DNA of 39,227 nucleotides, taken from positions 1 to 39,227 of the forward strand of contig JASBRJ010000256.1 of the NCBI GenBank assembly GCA_030149525.1, written 5' to 3'. The stretch comes from a bacterium. GTDB lineage: Bacteria; Vulcanimicrobiota; Xenobia; Xenobiales; JADMJV01. Every line of letters starts with the position of its first letter. Position 1 is the stretch's first letter. The notes below the pieces were generated by a model. The model saw only the letters and a program-made list of their open reading frames with translations. It ran no database searches and had not been told where the DNA came from. The translations under genes were made by a program, and so were the position numbers. Of this stretch, positions 33,424 through 39,227 are shown piece after piece.

Positions 33424-33464
33424 CGCTCGCTAGAAGGTAGCGCCTAATCAATCAGCTCGACCTG

Positions 33465-34106
33465 ATGAAAGACCTGCAGTGTCTTTCGGGTCGAGTTTCT
33501 CTATGTCCGCCACTCATTGCCCTTTGCCACGGAGGCCCACCGCCGAGGAAGAGGAATGGATCGAATCATGGAAAGGTTGGGTTAGTGGTGTATTGCCTGG
33601 TGCTGGAAGAACAGTTCTTCGAATTTCCCGAAGCTGTCGAATATCTCCATGTGAGTTATATCAGTGAAGCCGAGGCCAGTCTGTACGAAATCCTGGTTCA
33701 CACGGAAGCCGCTTTGGAACAGATGAGAGACTCAGGCTCCGTGATCATCCTCGGCCCGGAGTTAACCCAACTGCTCAATTGCGCCAAAATGTATCCCCCC
33801 GCCTGGGTCCTGGCTCTCGAAGCGGCTTCCACCGGAACCCAAAAAGCGGAAGACCTCGAGAGCATTCTCATCGGCAATCTGAGAAAGCATCTCGCCGGTC
33901 AGCACTTCGCTCCTTACTTCTTGGCAAAAGCGATGTCCACCCACGACGACGTCATTCAAGGCCTCTACTACTGGATCATCGAGCATAATCCGAAAACGGC
34001 CGAGGTGAATTTTGTCTCAGGCGATTATCAAAGCGTATGGGCCAAGGCCGACCTCTTCAACTTGCCTCGCCACGCCTTGGACAAGGTTCGAAGAGACCCG
34101 GTCTAA
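33465..34106 (+). CDS. Hypothetical protein (start uncertain; possible GTG ~33585)
   Basis: 213-aa ORF convergent with carB, overlapping it by 4 nt. No recognisable domain. Confidence 0.4.
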   Translation: MKDLQCLSGRVSLCPPLIALCHGGPPPRKRNGSNHGKVGLVVYCLVLEEQFFEFPEAVEYLHVSYISEAEASLYEILVHTEAALEQMRDSGSVIILGPELTQLLNCAKMYPPAWVLALEAASTGTQKAEDLESILIGNLRKHLAGQHFAPYFLAKAMSTHDDVIQGLYYWIIEHNPKTAEVNFVSGDYQSVWAKADLFNLPRHALDKVRRDPV

Positions 34107-37100
34107 ACCGTCACCGCCATCCAATCTTGAACCGCGCGCACTCCATAATCTCCAGCCTTCAGTGACCGAATCCCTTCCACGGCTGCCAGAGCCGCCGAGG
34201 TGGTCGTGATCAGCGGCACGTCCTTTTCGATGGCCGCGCGACGAATATTCGCTCCCGCTTCATAGCTGGCTCCAAGAAGCGGGGTGTTGATCACCAGATC
34301 GATAGTGTCGTCGAGGATTCTTTGGGTGATCTCGCCGGACTCATTGAGTTTATGAATCAACTCCACCTCAAGACCGTGGCTGCGCAAGAATTCTGCCGTG
34401 CCTTGCGTCCCCATGAGCTCAAAGCCCATCTCCACTAGCGCCTTGGCCACCGGAAGTATGGTGGGTTTGTCGTTGTCGTTGACGGTGATAAGAGCCGTGC
34501 CGGTCTCAGGCAACGGACATCCTGCCCCCACCTGAGATTTGGAAAAAGCGTTTCCAAAATTCTTGCCCTGCCCCATCACCTCTCCGGTGGATCGCATCTC
34601 CGGACCGAGCAAGGTGTCGCAGCCGGGGAAACGCCTGAACGGTATCATAGCCTCTTTGACGAAGACCCCTTCAACTTCAGGTTCCTCGGTGAAGCCCAAC
34701 TCAGCGAGCGTGCTGCCCAACATGAGGTGAGTGGCCATTCGAGCAAAGGGTCGACCGGTGGCTTTGGCCAGGAACGGCGCAGTTCGCGAAGCCCTCGGAT
34801 TAACTTCGATGACATACACGACATCATCTTTGATGGCAAACTGCACGTTCATAAGCCCCACCAACTTCAGCGCTTGGCCAAGTTTTGTGGTGATGCTTCT
34901 AATGGTGTTCAAGTGCTCGTCGGATATTTTGAACGGCGGGATAACGCAAGCCGAATCACCGGAGTGAACACCCGCCTCTTCGATGTGCTGGAGGATCCCT
35001 GCGATACAAACCTCTTCCCCGTCTCCCAGACAATCCACATCGGCTTCGATGGCGTCTTCTAAGAACTTATCGATAAGAAGCTTGCCCTGACTGGACACTT
35101 CCAGCGCCTCTTTGCCAAACCTCGCCAAACAGGAGTCGTCGTGAAGTATGGCCATGGCTCTTCCACCCAGAACGTAGGAGGGTCGGAGAAGAACGGGATA
35201 GCCAAGCTTCTGAGCCAATTCTTTAGCCTGGTCCAGATTGTCGGCCACGGCACCTGCCGGTTGAGCGATGTCCAAGGAGACTAGAAGTTGGTGAAACTGT
35301 TCTCGATCCTCGCACAACTCGATGGCCTCAAGGCCGTTACCCAACAAAGGCACGCCCGCTGCCGCCAATTCACCGGCAAGTTTGAGGGGAGTCTGTCCGC
35401 CCAGTTGTACGATGACACCCAACAGCTTGCCGCTCTTTTTCTCGGTGCGGATGACCTGCATGACATCTTCGAAGGTGAGAGGCTCGAAGTAAAGTCTATC
35501 GGAAGTGTCGTAGTCGGTGCTCACCGTTTCAGGATTGCAGTTGATCATCACACTCTCGATGTTTCGCTCAGCCAGAGCTTGGGCCGCGTGAACACAACAG
35601 TAGTCGAACTCGATCCCCTGACCGATTCGGTTGGGCCCGCTCCCCAGGATGATCACCTTGTCCCGGTCGCTGACCTCGGCTTCACACTCAGTGGCTCGAT
35701 AGCTAGAGTAAAGGTAAGGAGTGTGAGCTTCGAACTCAGCAGCACATGTATCGACTCTCTGATAACAGGGATGGATATCCCACTCTTGTCGCAGGGCCAG
35801 AACCTCGGCCGGCGTGCGGCCGGAAAGCCTGGCCAGAACTTCATCGCTAAAGCCTGTCCTTTTGGCTTTGCTCAAAAGCTCCGCCGTCCAAGACTGCTCT
35901 TTGACCTCGTATTCTGTCTCAGCCAGGGTGGCCAGCTGATCCAAGAACCAGGGATCGATTCGAGTGAGGTCGTGGAGATGTTGCAGGCATTTATCGGGAA
36001 CTCTCCCTTCCTCAAGACTCTCTCTCATAATCGTCATAACTGCCGAGAGTCGATGAGGTGACGGTTTGAGAGCATCACTCAAATCCGCCGGGTTCACAAC
36101 AACGGAGGGAAGTCCGTCAAGGCCTGCCTCAAGCGAGCGAAACGCCTTCTGCAGCGCCTCGGTAAAAGAGCGACCGATAGACATGACCTCCCCCACCGAC
36201 TTCATGGAAGGGCCAAGCTTTGACTCAGCCCCGGGAAACTTGGCGAAATCCCACCTGGGAACTTTCACCACCACATAGTCGAGAGCGGGCTCAAATGAAC
36301 AAGGTGTGGTCCCGGTGATCTCGTTGCCCAATTCGTCTAAGGTGTAGCCGACGGCCAAACGAGCCGCCACTTTGGCAATGGGAAATCCTGTGGCTTTGGA
36401 GGCCAGTGCCGAGGACCGAGAGACCCGAGGGTTCATCTCGATGACGATCAGTCGACCATCCTCCGGATTGACCGCGAACTGAACATTGGAGCCACCGGTC
36501 TCAACACCCACGATGTTCATGATCTTGCGAGACCAGTCTCGGATTCGTTGATACTCGGGGTCGGTGAGAGTGATAGCCGGAGCCACCGTAATACTGTCCC
36601 CGGTGTGAATACCCATGGGATCGAGGTTCTCGATGCTACAGACCACCACGAAGTTGTCGGCCTTGTCACGCACCACCTCAACTTCATACTCTTTCCAACC
36701 GGAGATAGACTCTTCCACCAAGACCTGGTTGACCGGAGAGGCCTGAATGCCGGCCGCCGCCACACTCTTGAGCTCCTCCAAGTCATGGGCGAAACCGCCA
36801 CCTGACCCGCCCAAGGTGAACGAGGGACGAACGATCACCGGAAAGCCCACCTCGGTTGCAAATTCGCAAGCAGCCGCCACTGTGGTCACCGTGGTAGAGG
36901 CAGGCACGTCGAGACCGGCTTCAATCATAGCTTCGCGGAATTTTTGTCGATCCTCAGCCAGAGCGATGGAGTCCAGACTTGCCCCCAAAAGTTCCACCCC
37001 GAACTCCTCCAGAACCCCTTGCTCGGACAGGGCGATGGCAAGGTTCAGAGCCGTTTGTCCACCCACCGTGGGCAAGATGGCGCAAGGGCGTTCCTTGGCC

Positions 37101-37333
37101 AGAATTCGCCTTAAGGTAGGGACAGAGAGCGGTTCGATGTAGGTCCGATCGGATAGCTCCGGGTCGGTCATAATGGTCGCGGGATTACTGTTGACTAGAA
37201 CCACTTCATAACCGTCGGCCTTCAGAGCGCGTACCGCTTGGGTTCCTGAGTAGTCGAATTCACAAGCTTGTCCGATGACAATTCCACCGGAACCGAGGAC
37301 CAGGATTTTTTTGAGATCATCTCTTTTAGGCAT
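34103..37333 (-). CDS. carB: Carbamoyl-phosphate synthase large subunit
   Basis: [33 protein letters not shown]… Two ATP-grasp repeats and an MGS-like C-terminus. Full length ~1076 aa. The ATG at 37333 is preferred over the track's TTG at 37342. Confidence 0.95.
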   Translation of the reverse strand: MPKRDDLKKILVLGSGGIVIGQACEFDYSGTQAVRALKADGYEVVLVNSNPATIMTDPELSDRTYIEPLSVPTLRRILAKERPCAILPTVGGQTALNLAIALSEQGVLEEFGVELLGASLDSIALAEDRQKFREAMIEAGLDVPASTTVTTVAAACEFATEVGFPVIVRPSFTLGGSGGGFAHDLEELKSVAAAGIQASPVNQVLVEESISGWKEYEVEVVRDKADNFVVVCSIENLDPMGIHTGDSITVAPAITLTDPEYQRIRDWSRKIMNIVGVETGGSNVQFAVNPEDGRLIVIEMNPRVSRSSALASKATGFPIAKVAARLAVGYTLDELGNEITGTTPCSFEPALDYVVVKVPRWDFAKFPGAESKLGPSMKSVGEVMSIGRSFTEALQKAFRSLEAGLDGLPSVVVNPADLSDALKPSPHRLSAVMTIMRESLEEGRVPDKCLQHLHDLTRIDPWFLDQLATLAETEYEVKEQSWTAELLSKAKRTGFSDEVLARLSGRTPAEVLALRQEWDIHPCYQRVDTCAAEFEAHTPYLYSSYRATECEAEVSDRDKVIILGSGPNRIGQGIEFDYCCVHAAQALAERNIESVMINCNPETVSTDYDTSDRLYFEPLTFEDVMQVIRTEKKSGKLLGVIVQLGGQTPLKLAGELAAAGVPLLGNGLEAIELCEDREQFHQLLVSLDIAQPAGAVADNLDQAKELAQKLGYPVLLRPSYVLGGRAMAILHDDSCLARFGKEALEVSSQGKLLIDKFLEDAIEADVDCLGDGEEVCIAGILQHIEEAGVHSGDSACVIPPFKISDEHLNTIRSITTKLGQALKLVGLMNVQFAIKDDVVYVIEVNPRASRTAPFLAKATGRPFARMATHLMLGSTLAELGFTEEPEVEGVFVKEAMIPFRRFPGCDTLLGPEMRSTGEVMGQGKNFGNAFSKSQVGAGCPLPETGTALITVNDNDKPTILPVAKALVEMGFELMGTQGTAEFLRSHGLEVELIHKLNESGEITQRILDDTIDLVINTPLLGASYEAGANIRRAAIEKDVPLITTTSAALAAVEGIRSLKAGDYGVRAVQDWMAVTV

Positions 37334-38402
37334 GACAACCAACCTCCAGATTGGCCACGAATCTTTCGAATAGATAACGGGAGTCGTGAGGGCCTGGGGC
37401 GTTCTCAGGGTGATACTGAACGGAAAACGCGCGATACTTATCGGTTTTCAAGCCTTCGCAGGTCCCGTCGTTCAGATTCACGTGGGTCACTTCGACCCCC
37501 TCGGGAAGACTCTCGGGAACGACTGCAAAACCGTGGTTCTGAGTAGTGATCTCCACTCGACCAGTGGCCAGATCTTTGACCGGGTGATTGGTTCCGTGGT
37601 GACCGAACTTGAGCTTGAAGGTGCGAGCCCCCAGAGCCTGGGCCAGAAGCTGGTGACCCAGACAGATACCGAAGATGGGGACCTCGCCTAGCAACGCTTT
37701 GATCTCCTCCACCACAGGTTGCAGCGCTGCCGGGTCTCCCGGTCCGTTGCTTAAAAAGACTCCATCCGGCTTCAACTCCAGAACCTCTTGGGCGCTTGTC
37801 TGAGCGGGTACGCGGGTCACCTTCAAACCGTGATGCTGAAGAAGGTTGACCATATAGTTCTTCATACCGAAGTCGAAAGCCACCACATGTTTTCCCGCTG
37901 TTCCGTGGACCTCAGCTTGCAAGCTGGTCACCTCACGAACAAGATCCCGGCCTTCTAGATGAGGCGAGCTCAGCACCTGCTCCAAAAGATCGGTGGGCTC
38001 GGAACCGGCGCACACCACGCCTCGCATAGAGCCCGATTGACGCAACCGTTTCACAATAGCTCGGGTATCCACATCACAGATGCCCACCACACCCTGCTCT
38101 TCGAGCCAGACTGAGAGGCCCTGACGTGCCCGCCAGTTGCTGTACCGACGCGGTGTATCCTGAACCACGAACCCCGACAACCAGGCACGGCGGCTCTCAT
38201 GATCTCCGTCGTTGATCCCCACATTGCCCACATGAGCCAGGGTGGAGACCAGAATTTGTCCCCGGTAGGACGGGTCGGTGAGGAGTTCCTGATATCCGGT
38301 CATGGAAGTGCTAAAAATCACTTCGCCAAAGCGGATGCCCCGAGCTCCCAAGACTCGACCCTCAAACTTGGAACCGTCTTCCAACAACAAACAGGCTTTC
38401 AT
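37326..38402 (-). CDS. carA: Carbamoyl-phosphate synthase small subunit (glutamine amidotransferase)
   Basis: N-terminal CPSase_sm domain ([15 protein letters not shown]…TGYQE). GATase catalytic GICLGHQLL and HGFAV motifs. Overlaps the carB start. Confidence 0.95.
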   Translation of the reverse strand: MKACLLLEDGSKFEGRVLGARGIRFGEVIFSTSMTGYQELLTDPSYRGQILVSTLAHVGNVGINDGDHESRRAWLSGFVVQDTPRRYSNWRARQGLSVWLEEQGVVGICDVDTRAIVKRLRQSGSMRGVVCAGSEPTDLLEQVLSSPHLEGRDLVREVTSLQAEVHGTAGKHVVAFDFGMKNYMVNLLQHHGLKVTRVPAQTSAQEVLELKPDGVFLSNGPGDPAALQPVVEEIKALLGEVPIFGICLGHQLLAQALGARTFKLKFGHHGTNHPVKDLATGRVEITTQNHGFAVVPESLPEGVEVTHVNLNDGTCEGLKTDKYRAFSVQYHPENAPGPHDSRYLFERFVANLEVGCHA

Positions 38403-38420
38403 TTCATTTCTCCACTCAGA

Positions 38421-38873
38421 CTAGAAGAACTCGCTCAAGGCGGCTTCCACGCGCTCTCTATCCTTCTGCCTTTTTATCAACACTAAAACAAGATCGTCGC
38501 CGGCCAGAGTACCTGCCACTTCGTCTAACTCCAACTCATCGATAGTCACGGCCACCATCATCGCTCGCCCGGGCAAGGTATTGAGGACACAAAACGCCTC
38601 CACCTGAGAAAACCCGGTTACGAAAGACCCCAAACTAAAACGCCGAGCGGCCCGTGAACGACTCACCGGAACGGAGTAGCGAAATCCGCCCCCGGGAAGT
38701 GGCTTCTTAACCAGGCCGAGTCGTCTGACTTCTCGTGAGACAGTGGCTTGAGTGACATCGAATCCGCTCTCATTGAGAGCATCCACCAATTCAGCCTGAG
38801 TTCCGATGGTGCGATTATCGATGAGGTTGAAAATCGCTTGTTCTCGTCGTTCTTTTTCGTTCATTTCCGGCAT
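38421..38873 (-). CDS. argR: Arginine repressor
   Basis: MPEMNEKERREQAIFNLIDNRTIGTQAELVDALNESGFDVTQATVSREVRRLGLVK winged-helix N-domain plus the C-terminal oligomerisation domain (GTLAGDDLVLVL). An internal start was chosen to avoid overlap with argD. AAGAGGGG SD upstream. Confidence 0.8.
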   Translation of the reverse strand: MPEMNEKERREQAIFNLIDNRTIGTQAELVDALNESGFDVTQATVSREVRRLGLVKKPLPGGGFRYSVPVSRSRAARRFSLGSFVTGFSQVEAFCVLNTLPGRAMMVAVTIDELELDEVAGTLAGDDLVLVLIKRQKDRERVEAALSEFF

Positions 38874-38892
38874 AGGATCTAAGCGCCCCTCT

Positions 38893-39227
38893 TTAGATAG
38901 CAGCACGAGCCCTCCCCTCATCGGGAGATTTCGCAGCAAGGATCGGCTTGAGCTTCTCGATGGCTTCTGAGATCTGAGACTCCGTCACGATCAAAGGTGG
39001 CACAAGACGTATGGCCGTAGGCCTCACCGCGTTCACCAAGAGCCCGGCTTGAAAAGCTTCCTGAGCAACTTCACCGGCCGGGCGCTCGGTTACGACGGCC
39101 GACATCAAACCGACGCCTCTGACCTCAGCCACACCGTCAAGCTTCGCCAACTCCTGACGCAGCTTCTCACCCATCGCCTTCACATTCTCCAGCAAGCCCT
39201 CTTCTTCAATCACTTCCAACACTGTGA
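38893..39227 (-). CDS. argD: Acetylornithine/succinyl-ornithine aminotransferase, C-terminal fragment (N-terminus beyond window end)
   Basis: C-terminal class-III aminotransferase sequence …VRGVGLMSAVV…AGLLVNAVRPTAIRLVPPLIVTESQISEAIEKL. Confidence 0.8.
   Translation of the reverse strand, partial: TVLEVIEEEGLLENVKAMGEKLRQELAKLDGVAEVRGVGLMSAVVTERPAGEVAQEAFQAGLLVNAVRPTAIRLVPPLIVTESQISEAIEKLKPILAAKSPDEGRARAAI

Noticed and set aside
1-39227. Scan for CRISPR arrays, tRNA/rRNA genes, integrases/transposases
   Set aside because: No regularly spaced short repeats, no cloverleaf-like conserved tRNA motifs in intergenic regions, and no recombinase-like ORFs were recognised.

Overview
The window reads as a 39.2-kb bacterial chromosomal segment of roughly 57-60% GC with high coding density. 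The organism is probably Gram-negative, given the lipobox lipoproteins and the T2SS/T4P-like pseudopilins. No rRNA, tRNA, CRISPR array, transposase or integrase was recognised. Gene order from left to right is as follows.

(1) 1-9572: a pseudopilin / type II secretion (GspF/PilC-type platform) cluster with signalling genes mixed in. It holds two GspF-like platform proteins, one of them fused to an N-terminal GAF domain. It holds three to four prepilin-type pseudopilins, including a large GspK-like one. A Hanks-type Ser/Thr kinase with an extracytoplasmic N-domain sits between pseudopilin genes. There is also a GAF sensor histidine kinase and an exported 367-aa protein. No GspE/PilB ATPase, secretin or prepilin peptidase is in the window.

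(2) 9660-13706, minus strand: flotillin-like SPFH protein, then a 410-aa Cys-rich/beta-propeller-like hypothetical, then a bacterial nitric-oxide synthase oxygenase (bNOS). An intrinsic terminator hairpin sits between the first two genes.

(3) 13968-18144: hypothetical proteins, a PilZ-domain protein translationally coupled to an 88-aa ORF, an EF-hand Ca-binding protein, and a protein with a C-terminal RanBP2-type zinc finger.

(4) 18247-23311: a signalling block made of a 1061-aa hybrid HK (REC+HPt), a REC-HK and an OmpR-family response regulator.

(5) 23463-33423: an apparent operon. It opens with a 159-aa protein that has a PqqD/RRE-like N-domain, an internal Tat-like signal/TM segment and an 8-Cys tail. 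Two tandem paralogous ~1175-aa lipoproteins follow (PD40/TolB-like propeller plus FG-GAP/VCBS repeats; a 1.3-kb near-identical direct repeat). Then come a beta-helix lipoprotein and a secreted Tyr/Arg/Asn-rich small protein. All four leading proteins end in a C-terminal A-C-(x)-P/T cysteine motif, and the three lipoproteins share an M[KR][LI][ST]WK...FGCG signal.

(6) 34103-39227, minus strand: the arginine/pyrimidine block argD(partial)-argR-carA-carB.

The most interesting candidates are the RRE-like/Cys-rich protein with the Cys-terminated surface-lipoprotein operon, and the pseudopilus cluster wired to signalling genes (GAF-GspF fusion, embedded STPK).
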